A program made the translations under genes and the position numbers. Shown here one piece after another: positions 10,477-21,033 of a stretch of DNA of 64,000 bases. The stretch's first letter is position 1. Every line of letters begins with the position of its first letter. The notes under the pieces were generated by a model. It ran no database searches. It was not told the DNA's origin and worked only from the letters and a program-made list of their open reading frames with translations. Origin of the DNA: a virus; the IMG/VR virus record IMGVR_UViG_3300042402_003577, positions 41,850 through 105,849 of that record; one strand, 5' to 3'.

Positions 10477-11181
10477 TTAAATTTTTGATATGTTTAAAAT
10501 TTTATTTAATTGTGACTCAAAGTCTATAGTATTGCCTACATCTCTCATTGCGATTAATACTGCAATATCAATAATTTTGTTTGCCTGGAAAGTTGAGTTT
10601 ATTTCTATATCTCTTTGAACCGCAGGTGTACCATCAGGAAGGTTATATTGCCCTCCTCCATAGGTAAAATCTTGAGGATTTCCAGGTCTTAAAGGTTTTC
10701 TAATATAAGAAAGAAATATTTTTTCTATATCGAAGCCTTCATAGTATAAGTATAACTTATTTCCAGACATGTCCATGTTTACTCTTTCAAAAACATAGGA
10801 AGAATTAAACATAGGATCATTTGTGTAAATATCATCCTTTTGTATGAAAAAATTCTTAATAGTTTTTTTAGGACATTTAGCTGTAAAGCATACAGAATAG
10901 GACTCTAAATATCTATAATAATCTGGGGGTAAATCCGCAGTGTAATAGTCTTCGTTGATCTTATTGACTGGGAGTGGAAAATTTTTTATTTCCAGCTCCC
11001 TTATGTCATCTCTTCTTTTTTGGTTTATCTCTAATTGCTCACAAATGTTTTCAATATAAATTATGTAAGCTTCAAAAAGGTATTCGTCTATCTGAGGTAT
11101 AAGAAAGTTAGCGTTTCTTAACCCATCTACCTTGTTTGCATGTTGTTTAAATTTATAATGGGCTTCTTTTATTGAAAACAT
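10477..11181 (-). CDS. Putative head-tail ring/adaptor protein
   Basis: 234 aa. M...EAH..FK...NKVD and LP.DY...YIRKP pattern, plus crAss-like synteny. Confidence 0.6.
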   Translation of the reverse strand: MFSIKEAHYKFKQHANKVDGLRNANFLIPQIDEYLFEAYIIYIENICEQLEINQKRRDDIRELEIKNFPLPVNKINEDYYTADLPPDYYRYLESYSVCFTAKCPKKTIKNFFIQKDDIYTNDPMFNSSYVFERVNMDMSGNKLYLYYEGFDIEKIFLSYIRKPLRPGNPQDFTYGGGQYNLPDGTPAVQRDIEINSTFQANKIIDIAVLIAMRDVGNTIDFESQLNKILNISKI

Positions 11182-12092
11182 TATTTCATTTTAGCTTTTA
11201 AAGCCTCTTCTAGGCTTAAATATAGTGATGAATTTTCTGGTTTTTGTAAGAAATCAATAATATTCATAGTATCTGTTTGAAGTTGCTCTCCATTGAAGAA
11301 TACTTTTATATTTTCTTTTCTTAACACTGCGTATTGGTACATTTTCTCAACATTGATAGTAACTTCCAATTTTGCTTTATTTTTAGAATCTGACAACTCA
11401 ATAAATAAATCTTGAATAGCTGCCAAAGTTTCTTTATTACTATTTTCGGTAATTTTAGAATACAACAAGTCTTCTATAATTACTTCCTTCTCATCTCCTG
11501 TCAATTTAATACCTAGTGCGGTACACATGTCTCTTTTTTGAGATAGGGTGAGTTTATTGTATCTTTCGTGTAATTTACTTGTTTTTTCACGCTTAGATTC
11601 TCTCACAGTAGCGTCTGCTATTTCATCTTCAATGATCCACTCTGCAGCAGGATGTTTAGAAAGAGAAGTCTCTCCTATTACTGTCATTGAATCTGCCGAC
11701 ATAATTGCATAAATCAATTCTTCTGTCGGTTTATTTAGGTCAAGAACTTGAATATCTCTTCCTAATTTAGCCCTGCATTTACTATGAGTAAAGAAAGGGT
11801 CTTTTCTATTAGAAGGATCTGCTGAAGTTATTTTTTGGTTAGTATACTCGTCATTTAATGCAAGTTTTTTTACTAATTCATTTATTTGTTCATCAGTATA
11901 CCTACTATTGGTAGGGCCTAGATGGTATCTGTAAGCATTCTCGTCAAATTGTGGTCTAAATGTGTTAGCATTAGCCAAAAACGCATAGCTTTCAGAAGCT
12001 TGTCTATAAGCAGGGTCAATATTTACTTGCCAATGCTTATTCTTTTTAATGTTTGGGTAAATTTTTACCTTCTTGTTTGTTAGTGTACTCAT
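11181..12092 (-). CDS. Conserved crAss-like protein downstream of MCP
   Basis: 303 aa. Synteny. Confidence 0.55.
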   Translation of the reverse strand: MSTLTNKKVKIYPNIKKNKHWQVNIDPAYRQASESYAFLANANTFRPQFDENAYRYHLGPTNSRYTDEQINELVKKLALNDEYTNQKITSADPSNRKDPFFTHSKCRAKLGRDIQVLDLNKPTEELIYAIMSADSMTVIGETSLSKHPAAEWIIEDEIADATVRESKREKTSKLHERYNKLTLSQKRDMCTALGIKLTGDEKEVIIEDLLYSKITENSNKETLAAIQDLFIELSDSKNKAKLEVTINVEKMYQYAVLRKENIKVFFNGEQLQTDTMNIIDFLQKPENSSLYLSLEEALKAKMK

Positions 12093-12124
12093 TGTTTTGT
12101 TGTTTGTGTGATTAATAAAAATAG

Positions 12125-12195
12125 TAGCAACGACTCAGACTCGAACTGGTTAAACTGGCTTATGAGACCAGAGAGATCCATACCTCCCTCCTGCT
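12125..12195 (-). tRNA. tRNA with CAT anticodon (Met/Ile2), atypical or degenerate
   Basis: Anticodon arm CTGGT-CTCATAA-GCCAG and T loop TTCGAGT. The acceptor stem AGCAG../..TTGCT and the T stem are imperfect. Confidence 0.65.
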
Positions 12196-12214
12196 ATCCT
12201 CTATCCAATGATAG

Positions 12215-12246
12215 AAAAAAGGGTATGATTAGAGGGCTCATACCCT
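12215..12246 (-). terminator. Intrinsic terminator after MCP
   Basis: AGGGTATGA-loop-TCATACCCT followed by a T-run on the minus strand. Confidence 0.75.
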
Positions 12247-12262
12247 AAGGCCTATAAAGGTT

Positions 12263-13840
12263 TTATTTTCCTCTTAATACTGCTGGAATCAACTCACCGC
12301 ATTTTGTAACATCTTTTACCATGATACCTGCGTATTCCATTCTATGTACTGTCCAGAAGTCACCTGCGTGAGACATCAATGAACCTTGGTTGTTACCGTA
12401 AGGATTTGACAATCCACCTTCGAAACCATAAGCTACATCTCTCTTAGATTTCAAGTAAGAAATGTTTTTACCAAAACCATCTCCCAATCCGTAGTTAACG
12501 AATGTAAATCTTGAAGACTCTGCTGGATAACCATTCTCATCTAGGATAGTGTTGAATGTTACGTCATCATAAGCTTTCATGTGCATAACTGTCAATGAAC
12601 CACCAAATTTCAATTTGTATTGAGTATATGGAGTTTCAGTGTAAGACAATCCTGTTGGTCCACCTGGTACCAATGAAGCACCATCTGTTTTAATGAAATA
12701 ATCTTTCATATCTTTGAAGAAACCTTGAGTTATTTGGTTGATAGCCTCATCAAACAATCTCAATCCAATCTCTCCAGTCCACATTACAACATTTCTTTGA
12801 TCGTAAGCAACTCTTCCGAAGAATATATCTTGTAAGAAGTCTTTGATAAGACCAATAGAGAAAGTGTTATAGAATTCTCTGTATCCATCTTCCAAAATCT
12901 CTTGAAGACCTGGTCCTTGGTTTACAAAGTATCCTGTAGACTCGTCAATAACTGTAGAAGTACTTCTTTGATACATCAAGTGAAGTTCTTTTTCCATTTC
13001 AAATTCTTTGTTGAATTTAACCTCAGCAACTGAAGTGATATACATGTTACCTGTATTTTTCTTGCTCAATGCGTTAGCAATTCTTGTTTGGAAAGCTTGT
13101 TGGCTCTCACCTGCTTTTCTTCCTGCCAAGATCAACAAATCTGCCTCAGACAAGTTACCGTTCAATCTTCTTTGAGCAGCATCTCCTGTCATTTGGTATT
13201 GCTTTCTAAATCTTGTCAATCCAGAACGGAATTTAATTTTACCGATAGCATCAACACTCATTGAACCACCTTTTACAGATGCCTCAGAATAAGTAGAGTG
13301 CATTTTCATTACTCTTGTTCCTGGTGTAAACAAACTGTTGTCAACAAACAAGTTTGGACTATCAGTCATCAATTTTACTGTGTACACTGTGAAAGAACCT
13401 TCTTTAACTGGAGCTTTGCTTACACGCATGTTGAATTTTTTGCTGTCAGTGAATACCAATGTATCACCTTCTACAAATGTTCCAATGTCAAGTTTAATTC
13501 TAAACTCTCTTTGAGCAAGACCTTTTGTCAAGTTTCCTGGTTCAACGTCTTCAACGATAAGAGCTGGTCTGTATCCTGAAACCATGAATTCCCATTCTAC
13601 TTTGTCACCTTCAATAGTGATAGTGTCAGAACCTTGTGCAAGTTCCAATAATGGTGCAGTACCGTCAAATAATGTTTTCATTGACGCTAATTGACCCATA
13701 CCGCCTAATGCATCTACGTCTGTTTTAATCAAACCAGCAGCATATAGATTGTTTAAGTTGGTATAGTTCATACCCCAGTTACGATCACCTGTGATCGTAG
13801 GAGCTTTTATAATACCGAATTTACTTTGTGATAATTTCAT
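12263..13840 (-). CDS. Major capsid protein (crAss-like)
   Basis: 525 aa. Position after portal/scaffold, codon bias of a highly expressed gene, GPGLQE and GIMVKDVTKCGELI C-terminus. Confidence 0.8.
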   Translation of the reverse strand: MKLSQSKFGIIKAPTITGDRNWGMNYTNLNNLYAAGLIKTDVDALGGMGQLASMKTLFDGTAPLLELAQGSDTITIEGDKVEWEFMVSGYRPALIVEDVEPGNLTKGLAQREFRIKLDIGTFVEGDTLVFTDSKKFNMRVSKAPVKEGSFTVYTVKLMTDSPNLFVDNSLFTPGTRVMKMHSTYSEASVKGGSMSVDAIGKIKFRSGLTRFRKQYQMTGDAAQRRLNGNLSEADLLILAGRKAGESQQAFQTRIANALSKKNTGNMYITSVAEVKFNKEFEMEKELHLMYQRSTSTVIDESTGYFVNQGPGLQEILEDGYREFYNTFSIGLIKDFLQDIFFGRVAYDQRNVVMWTGEIGLRLFDEAINQITQGFFKDMKDYFIKTDGASLVPGGPTGLSYTETPYTQYKLKFGGSLTVMHMKAYDDVTFNTILDENGYPAESSRFTFVNYGLGDGFGKNISYLKSKRDVAYGFEGGLSNPYGNNQGSLMSHAGDFWTVHRMEYAGIMVKDVTKCGELIPAVLRGK

Positions 13841-13866
13841 GTTAATTTAATTTTATTTTTGAATAT

Positions 13867-15006
13867 TTAATTTATGAATTCTAATTTAATTGTGTTGGGT
13901 TTTGTTTTTCCAGAAGCTCTTCTTAAACTTTCCGCCAACTTGCTTTTTTCTTTACTAGCTACTTCAATTTTATCTGACTTATCTGACAATCCTTCAAATA
14001 TTTTGTAAGCTAATGCTACCATTTTTTCAGGATCAGAAAGATACTCATTTAATTTTTGTTTAAATCCTGTAGCTCTTCCTACAACTTCTCCCTTATCGTT
14101 TCTTATCTCTTGTGGAGAAAAGATAAAATCTTCAAAATTACTTTTTTGGTTTTTAGCAATAACTACATTATCACTCTTACCACTTTGAATAGTTTGTCTG
14201 ATTTTATTTACACTCTTAATATACTCTTCTCTTTGGATACGAGCATATTCTTGCTGAGATTTGATAAGATCATCTTCTTGTTTCTCTCTGAAAACTTTTA
14301 AATCAGCTTGAATCTTACTAGCTTGATTAAATAGCTTTCCTTTTTCTTTATACCCATCCAATAACGATTCTGCCTCTTCTTCTTCAAGATTCTTAACCGA
14401 AGTTAAATATGTCTTTACTAGAGCTGTAGCATTATCCTCATCTTCAATGTCTACATCCACCCAATTTGTTTCTGCGTGTAAATTGATATAATCATCAATA
14501 TTTCCGCCATGCTTTAAAAAGTTAAGAACACCATCCACTCTAGGATCATCTATTTTATATGAGCTTTTTACTAAATTTAGAGCTCTTTCATCTAAAGTAG
14601 CTTCATAAGCTTCAAACAAGGCATCTTCTGATCCATCCCAATCTTCTGGGAGATTTAAAAGGTTTTTCTCTTGTAATTCTGAAGCAAATATTTTTAAAGG
14701 ATCTACTTCTGAATTTTCTTCGTCATCTTCGTCTGAAGACTCCTCATCTTCTTCTTTGGAAGAAGCAGCTTCTTTCTTCTTGTTTAAGATTGCTTGCTTC
14801 TCTTCTTCATTAAGATCAAGATCATCAATATTGTCTTCATCTATTAAATCAGGATTAACTAGGGAAGAGTCATGGTCTTCATCATCATCCTCTTTATTTG
14901 TTTCCTCTGTTTCGTTTATAGATTCTATTTTATCTGACAAATTGTTATCATCTAAAAGATCGTCATTGAATTCTATAATGTCAAAATCTAAATTGCTCTC
15001 TTGCAT
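13867..15006 (-). CDS. Acidic putative scaffolding protein
   Basis: 379 aa. D/E-rich N-terminus and helical C-terminus, between portal and MCP. Confidence 0.6.
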   Translation of the reverse strand: MQESNLDFDIIEFNDDLLDDNNLSDKIESINETEETNKEDDDEDHDSSLVNPDLIDEDNIDDLDLNEEEKQAILNKKKEAASSKEEDEESSDEDDEENSEVDPLKIFASELQEKNLLNLPEDWDGSEDALFEAYEATLDERALNLVKSSYKIDDPRVDGVLNFLKHGGNIDDYINLHAETNWVDVDIEDEDNATALVKTYLTSVKNLEEEEAESLLDGYKEKGKLFNQASKIQADLKVFREKQEDDLIKSQQEYARIQREEYIKSVNKIRQTIQSGKSDNVVIAKNQKSNFEDFIFSPQEIRNDKGEVVGRATGFKQKLNEYLSDPEKMVALAYKIFEGLSDKSDKIEVASKEKSKLAESLRRASGKTKPNTIKLEFIN

Positions 15007-15135
15007 ATTTGTTTGTTTTATGTGTGTGTAAAATAATTGTTTTGTACTGCAAAATTGAAAAAAAATTATTTTTTTATAAATTATTTTTTTCTTATAATAA
15101 AAAAATTAATTGGTGAGCCCAGTGTTTATAAGGGA

Positions 15136-17646
15136 TTAATCTTTTTTCCCTTTTTGTTTCATCATCTGAATTTCTGTTTCAATTTTTTTATTCTGAAGTT
15201 GTATCTGTGCTATTTTAGCATCATTAAGCTCTACGCTTGACTCATTTTCGTTTTTTTCCATTTGTAATTGAATCAAATCGTTTGTTCCATCTTGGTCAAT
15301 ATCGTTAGCTCTTTGTAATCTCTGAGCATTCAATTCAGCAGACTTTAATGTTACAGCATTTCTATCATCAGCCATTTGTTTTTGAGTCTTCAATTCCTCT
15401 TGTTTAGCCTGAATCTGCATTTGTTGCATTTGCATTTGTTGCTCTTGTTGAGATTTTTGCATTTGCTCTTCTTTAGCTTCTTTTTGCTCTTGAATTCTAG
15501 CAATGATGTTTTTAACCTCTGTAGCATTCTCTGTAGTGAGAATTTCTGTAGCCACTCTTAAATCTCCTCCACTATTTTGGATAATAGGTTGAATTAAGTT
15601 TTTCAATTGACTAATAATCTCTGTATCTCTTAATGTATTAGTAATAAATACTTTATAGTTATAATTTGCAAAATCTGCCACCTCTGTATTCAATGTAGCT
15701 ATACTTAAATCTGAAAGAATATAAGAAGCCTTCAATGGATTTTCCTTATAGATTACTTTACAAATTTCAATATAGTTCTCAACGGTTCTTTCTTTTACAT
15801 AATTATGCATGTAGAACCATTTCTCAGTTTGATTAGAGGATTGTATAATACTTTGTTGGTTATTACCTATAGACTCATACGGAGATTGCTGTCCTAGTCT
15901 ACCAGGGTTATAACTCATAGACTGTGCCATTTTTTTCTCAATATACTCTAATAATTGTATTTTTTGATTTATTTCTTGTGCATGAGATAGGTTGATAGAT
16001 TTCCAATAGTTAGGATCTACACCCATATTTCTTAAATCGCCTTCTTTAGAAGCACTAATTAAAGCCACCTTGAATTTCTTAATATAAGTCATCCACTGTG
16101 TAGGAGTCATTTCTTTTGGAATCTGTTCTTGTAATCCTAGCAATACATTACCTATATCGGTCTTCATCAATTCAATAATTTGATTGATAACTACATTATA
16201 CAAGAACTGCCAAGGTTTTCCTAAGTCAGCAATTGCTATAGGAGCTGAGTTTCTTGCCGAATAAACAGAGCCTGTATAAGGGCCTCTAATTTGAAAAGGG
16301 TTGTCAACGTCTCTATATTGATTAGGAATAGGTTCAACTTTTATATAAATCTTTGGATTGGTGAATATTTTATATCCATGCCAGAATTCAGGTATCCATA
16401 AAATTTCTTGCTTAACATCTGTTTCTTTGTTAAAAACATAAGTTTCATCCGCAATAGTTTTTTCTAGGGTGCCATTTTCATTTAACCTAAAGATATATTT
16501 AATTTTTTTCAAAGACTTCCAAACAACATGCGTTACTCTTAGTCTTCTAATTTTAAAATTATCCGTGTAATTATCTTCCCAAGGATCTACCCAGCTAGGA
16601 GTAGCTTCGGAATCTGTAGGATTCATAATAGCGTTAGGAATAATTTCCCACACCTTAGAATCTGAAGGAGAGTTTAATGTAGACTCATATTTGTCAAAAA
16701 CTTCTCTCTCTTCTTCGGTAATTATATTACCAAATTTTTGATATATCTCGTAAATAGATAGATACTCGTCATAAGTACACCAGTCTGCTTCATCCAAGAA
16801 GTCAACATCTTTTGATTTAGCATAGTTGAAATACAAAGGATTACAAGCTCTGATAGTAGGTCTACCATTTAACTCTCCTGTCCAATATACTTCTTCTCCT
16901 GTAATAATTACATCTTTCCAGCCTTTATCAAAAACTAATTTAATTCTGTCTGTACGAATATGATATTGTAGTAACTCATCGGTAAGCTTTTCTTCAGGAA
17001 GTTTAAATCCTTTAGCCATGTAAGTTTCTACCTCCACTGGTGTCATTTTATTAATGGTTTCCTCGAGCTGTGCATCTAGATTGGCAGTAATTTCTTGTAG
17101 CTTTTCTAAATACTGAGGGTCCATTGACGGGTCCATCTGGGCTTTTATTTCTTCCAATCTTTTTTGATTGGCTGCTTTTGCTTTTAAAAGTAATTCTTGT
17201 CTTACAATCTTTGAAGTATTCTCAATTAAAAGCTCTCTACGCTTTCTTTGTCTAACTGACTCACTTGTAGAGTTTGTACTAACCACTCTAATATTAAAAG
17301 GTCTTTTGATTTCCTCTCCTTCTAGATCGTGTAATACGTTTTGTAATATAGGGAAATGTATAAAATCACTTTGGTTAATCTCAATTTCTGGAATATCCAT
17401 TCCTAATTCATTCTCAATTATATTCCCTGTATTTATATAACTAGTAAAATCCATTCTACCGTTATATAGTTCGTAGTTTATCTTGAATTTTTCTTTTCTC
17501 TCGTTATAATAGTTGTATTGATTGCATAGGTAATCCATTCTCTGCCTTGCCCAGGCATAGTTATCGGCTATTTTTTTCTTATAACTTAGCCTATCACTTC
17601 CAGGCATGTTTAAGAATTGTGCGGTTAAACTATCGTTTATTACCAT
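15136..17646 (-). CDS. Portal protein
   Basis: 836 aa next to TerL, with NYELYNG, LEGEEIKRPF, RLGQ and a Q-rich coiled-coil C-terminus. Confidence 0.85.
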   Translation of the reverse strand: MVINDSLTAQFLNMPGSDRLSYKKKIADNYAWARQRMDYLCNQYNYYNERKEKFKINYELYNGRMDFTSYINTGNIIENELGMDIPEIEINQSDFIHFPILQNVLHDLEGEEIKRPFNIRVVSTNSTSESVRQRKRRELLIENTSKIVRQELLLKAKAANQKRLEEIKAQMDPSMDPQYLEKLQEITANLDAQLEETINKMTPVEVETYMAKGFKLPEEKLTDELLQYHIRTDRIKLVFDKGWKDVIITGEEVYWTGELNGRPTIRACNPLYFNYAKSKDVDFLDEADWCTYDEYLSIYEIYQKFGNIITEEEREVFDKYESTLNSPSDSKVWEIIPNAIMNPTDSEATPSWVDPWEDNYTDNFKIRRLRVTHVVWKSLKKIKYIFRLNENGTLEKTIADETYVFNKETDVKQEILWIPEFWHGYKIFTNPKIYIKVEPIPNQYRDVDNPFQIRGPYTGSVYSARNSAPIAIADLGKPWQFLYNVVINQIIELMKTDIGNVLLGLQEQIPKEMTPTQWMTYIKKFKVALISASKEGDLRNMGVDPNYWKSINLSHAQEINQKIQLLEYIEKKMAQSMSYNPGRLGQQSPYESIGNNQQSIIQSSNQTEKWFYMHNYVKERTVENYIEICKVIYKENPLKASYILSDLSIATLNTEVADFANYNYKVFITNTLRDTEIISQLKNLIQPIIQNSGGDLRVATEILTTENATEVKNIIARIQEQKEAKEEQMQKSQQEQQMQMQQMQIQAKQEELKTQKQMADDRNAVTLKSAELNAQRLQRANDIDQDGTNDLIQLQMEKNENESSVELNDAKIAQIQLQNKKIETEIQMMKQKGKKD

Positions 17647-17705
17647 TTTTAGTTTATTTAAAAAAACAAAATTAATTAAAAATTATTTTTTTATAAAATT
17701 TATTT

Positions 17706-20009
17706 TTAATACTTTAATAAGTTGGTGTTTTTTAATTGATTATTATATAAGTCTTTATAAAAATCATTTGAAGTTTTTTTCACAATGTCCTCAGACTCTT
17801 TTATAACCATTTCTTTATCTTGCTCTAGCCAAAGCATTAATAAGAGGAAAGCAGACACACGGTCAAAGTTTCCCTTATCATTGTATTGTATAAGCTCTTC
17901 TAGTAGTAAATCATCCTTAATAGTATTTAAGTTTCTCACCACTATTTCTCTCTTGGTGCCATCTTCTAGCTCTTCTACATATTTTTTCTTCTCCTCCAAC
18001 AACCATTGTTGTGCCAATCTTAGAGCGTATTGCTTTAGAGGATTTGTCATAGGGACTCCTACGTCATATTTTAGGGTGGGGTCCTTTATAGCTTTCTCAA
18101 TTATTTGCTTTGGTGTAAGGGCCAGTATATGATAGTTTCCTGTACGCATACAGTAATTCTTAAAGTCAATAATGTTGTTCTCAAACATTACCTCAGCGTT
18201 AAAGTATTTAGCCGCCAATACACAATTCAAATGTATTTCTTCAGGCATGTCATATCTTCCTACCCACCAAGCTACAAGTTCATTGCCGTTATTATCTAAG
18301 GTATTATTAGACTTATAAACATAAATTGCTGCTAATGAGGTACCTCCGCCTTCATCTCTAATGGGGTCATATACAATCTTAAAAAGATTTCTAGGTATAA
18401 TTCCTGCAGGAGGATGCTCATAAAATTCCCAAGCACTTTTTAAATCTGACTTAGTGTCATGCGGGAATCTATCTATAGGCCTTAAATCAAAGTTAGGTTT
18501 AAATTTGACTCCTGTAATAAAATCAGGGTCTTCCACAAGGCTTCCCACTGTTCTTAAATGTTTTTTAAATTGGTATCTATCATTAGAAGCTTGTTGCTCT
18601 CTAAGCATAACAATAGGGAATTTATTACCTGTTTTTGATAGAAACATTTCAGAAGGCTTAATTGGCCTAGACATGATGTACTCATCATAAGCAGAAGTAT
18701 TATTAGCTTGCTTCTTTTCTTCACGCCTCTCCATCTCAAATTTAAGAGACGTATCTACATCAGTATTACCATTTTCATCTTTATATGCTAAATTGGTGTA
18801 AATAGCTGGAAGAAAGAAGCCTATAGTGCCTCTGCCTTCATAAACATCTTTAAATCCTAGAAAATCATAAGCTTCAGGGTCTCTGAATATAATCTCAGAC
18901 TCAATAACTTTCTCCATATCTCCACCTGTACCTAAATACAAGGAAGATCCAAACTTACCTGCCCCCATATCCTGTGTAGACTCATTCGCTCCGTGTACAG
19001 TGAGGATTTTATCTTCCAAACCCACCTCTTCTACCACTAGCACATTGTAACGACCCCCAACGGCTGCTTGCTTGTTATCTTTATACGTTTCATGTATCAA
19101 TAAGGATCCTGTACCTTCTTTTACTAGAGAATTTCCTATCTTTTTCTCATACTCAAACCTATAAGGATTTTTAGAGTTACCTACCTTCAATGTCCCTGAA
19201 AAAGTCCTACTAAAAGGAGAAGGAAAATAATCCCTGTCAAAATACTCCCCAGGAAGGTTCTTTAAAGAGTTTGAGAATTTATCTAAAAGCTGAGAAGATT
19301 TACCTGAGCTGGCCGATCCACAAAATATTTCCACTTTATTCTTACCTGACAGATAATCCTCAACGGTCTTTGCCCCGTCTGATAGCCATTCATGCTCCAT
19401 TAACGCTGATGCCATAAAGCTTTTTCCTCCAGACCTAGATCCTAACACAAAGAGGTTCAATGAGTTATTTTCATATAAAGGATTTCCTAGTGGTTTTTCA
19501 TGGGTACCATTAAGATATTCTAAAGGATCTATATAAGTCTTTAATGTTCCATCCTGTTTATAACAATTGTCAGTGAGGTTATTTAAAAATTTGAGAGGTA
19601 TATCAGGAAGACTATTATCTAACAATTTATCTTGCTTTAACTTTGCAGTCCAATTGCAAGTATACTCTTCATCATCCTCAAACCCACTAAAGCCTCTGCA
19701 AATAAACCAACAATTTAAAATTGTCCAGTTTATATCCAATAGGCTAGGCCTAGATTTGATACGCTGCTTACCATCTTGAATAGTGATGGTATGGTAGTTG
19801 GTAAAATAGTTTAATTGAGGGTTCATGTACCTCCAACGTAACCCTTCAGGAGTTTGCTCTTCTCTCCACAGGCCTAAAATAAATTCCTCAAGTTCTTTAG
19901 TCCAATATTCAGAATAAGCTGTACTATGAGGGTGTAAAACAGGGTGGTTTTTAATAAAGGGGGTATTGTCATATATTTTTGGAAAAATATAAGAAGTATC
20001 TATAATCAT
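17706..20009 (-). CDS. terL: Terminase large subunit
   Basis: SRSGGKS Walker A, VVEEVG Walker B, GTGGD, YDP nuclease motif, FENN, GNFDRVSA. Confidence 0.9.
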   Translation of the reverse strand: MIIDTSYIFPKIYDNTPFIKNHPVLHPHSTAYSEYWTKELEEFILGLWREEQTPEGLRWRYMNPQLNYFTNYHTITIQDGKQRIKSRPSLLDINWTILNCWFICRGFSGFEDDEEYTCNWTAKLKQDKLLDNSLPDIPLKFLNNLTDNCYKQDGTLKTYIDPLEYLNGTHEKPLGNPLYENNSLNLFVLGSRSGGKSFMASALMEHEWLSDGAKTVEDYLSGKNKVEIFCGSASSGKSSQLLDKFSNSLKNLPGEYFDRDYFPSPFSRTFSGTLKVGNSKNPYRFEYEKKIGNSLVKEGTGSLLIHETYKDNKQAAVGGRYNVLVVEEVGLEDKILTVHGANESTQDMGAGKFGSSLYLGTGGDMEKVIESEIIFRDPEAYDFLGFKDVYEGRGTIGFFLPAIYTNLAYKDENGNTDVDTSLKFEMERREEKKQANNTSAYDEYIMSRPIKPSEMFLSKTGNKFPIVMLREQQASNDRYQFKKHLRTVGSLVEDPDFITGVKFKPNFDLRPIDRFPHDTKSDLKSAWEFYEHPPAGIIPRNLFKIVYDPIRDEGGGTSLAAIYVYKSNNTLDNNGNELVAWWVGRYDMPEEIHLNCVLAAKYFNAEVMFENNIIDFKNYCMRTGNYHILALTPKQIIEKAIKDPTLKYDVGVPMTNPLKQYALRLAQQWLLEEKKKYVEELEDGTKREIVVRNLNTIKDDLLLEELIQYNDKGNFDRVSAFLLLMLWLEQDKEMVIKESEDIVKKTSNDFYKDLYNNQLKNTNLLKY

Positions 20010-20263
20010 TGTCTTGGAGGTCCAGGTTTTATATCTAAAATATTTTTTTGATTTCCAGATAAGTCAGTAAAGTTTTTTAAAAAATTATTCAGTATAAAAT
20101 CTGTATTTATAGGAATAACTTTAACTTCAATAGTGGGAGTTATAACGTGCTCAAAATCATCAAAATTTTTTAGAGTTTCTCTAATAATTTTTTTTGTTTC
20201 TTTTGCGTTATTAATTCCATCTACTTCTATTATCTTATCTTCAAAATCAATTAAGATTATCAT
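20006..20263 (-). CDS. Hypothetical protein
   Basis: 85 aa, overlaps the terL start. Confidence 0.5.
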   Translation of the reverse strand: MIILIDFEDKIIEVDGINNAKETKKIIRETLKNFDDFEHVITPTIEVKVIPINTDFILNNFLKNFTDLSGNQKNILDIKPGPPRQ

Positions 20264-20441
20264 CTGTTTCTTGAGGTTCTTGCTTGGCTTTTTCTTCTAT
20301 TTCTTTTTGCCAAGCAGCTTGTTGGGCTTTGTTATAAGTTTTCATAATACTTGAATACCAAAAATATCTTCCTTCTTTTAAAGAAAGTCTTTCTCCTGGC
20401 TTTGGTTGATTATAAATATTGGGTCTGTTTACTGGATACAT
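20247..20441 (-). CDS. Hypothetical protein
   Basis: 64 aa with an ACACAC leader motif. Confidence 0.5.
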   Translation of the reverse strand: MYPVNRPNIYNQPKPGERLSLKEGRYFWYSSIMKTYNKAQQAAWQKEIEEKAKQEPQETDDNLN

Positions 20442-20481
20442 ATTTTTTAGTTTTATAATTTATTGTTTTTGTGTGTGTTAT

Positions 20482-21033
20482 TTATTTTTTATTTGCCTTG
20501 CTTACTAATTTCTCAGTGAAAGATTCTTCTCTTCCACCTCTAGCCCTAGTTTCAATGTTCTCATCTTGGTATTCCTTGTAAACCTTTCCAAAAGATTCCC
20601 AGATAAGCTTGGAGTCTTTCATCATCTTATCAAGGGCTTCAAAGGTATCTAGGCTATAAGAAAGAGTTTCTAGGAACTTATTCCTCTCCTCTATCTTATC
20701 CTGCCATACCTTCAACTCTCTTTGTATCTTTGTCATCACTACCTTTGGATAGGCATCTACCAAGTCTTCGTGATGGTCAAAATCAAAAGAATCTTCTTTT
20801 AAAAAGTATTTTTTAATGTCTTCTGCTCTCTCGTCTTTTCTAAGTCTAATCTTTGGAGACTTTATATCGCAAAAAAGATATATGGCCCACATTACTTCTG
20901 AAGTGTAGTCCTTGTTCTCTGAAGAATTATAAAAATTATCAAAAGGTTCTGTAAATTTAAATTCAGGATTCACTTCCCAAAATAAATTTCTATTAATCTC
21001 ATAATCAAAATTCTGCATCAAATAATAGTCCAT
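20482..21033 (-). CDS. Hypothetical protein, possible terminase small subunit
   Basis: 183 aa helical protein upstream of terL, with a C-terminal RGG motif. Confidence 0.4.
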   Translation of the reverse strand: MDYYLMQNFDYEINRNLFWEVNPEFKFTEPFDNFYNSSENKDYTSEVMWAIYLFCDIKSPKIRLRKDERAEDIKKYFLKEDSFDFDHHEDLVDAYPKVVMTKIQRELKVWQDKIEERNKFLETLSYSLDTFEALDKMMKDSKLIWESFGKVYKEYQDENIETRARGGREESFTEKLVSKANKK

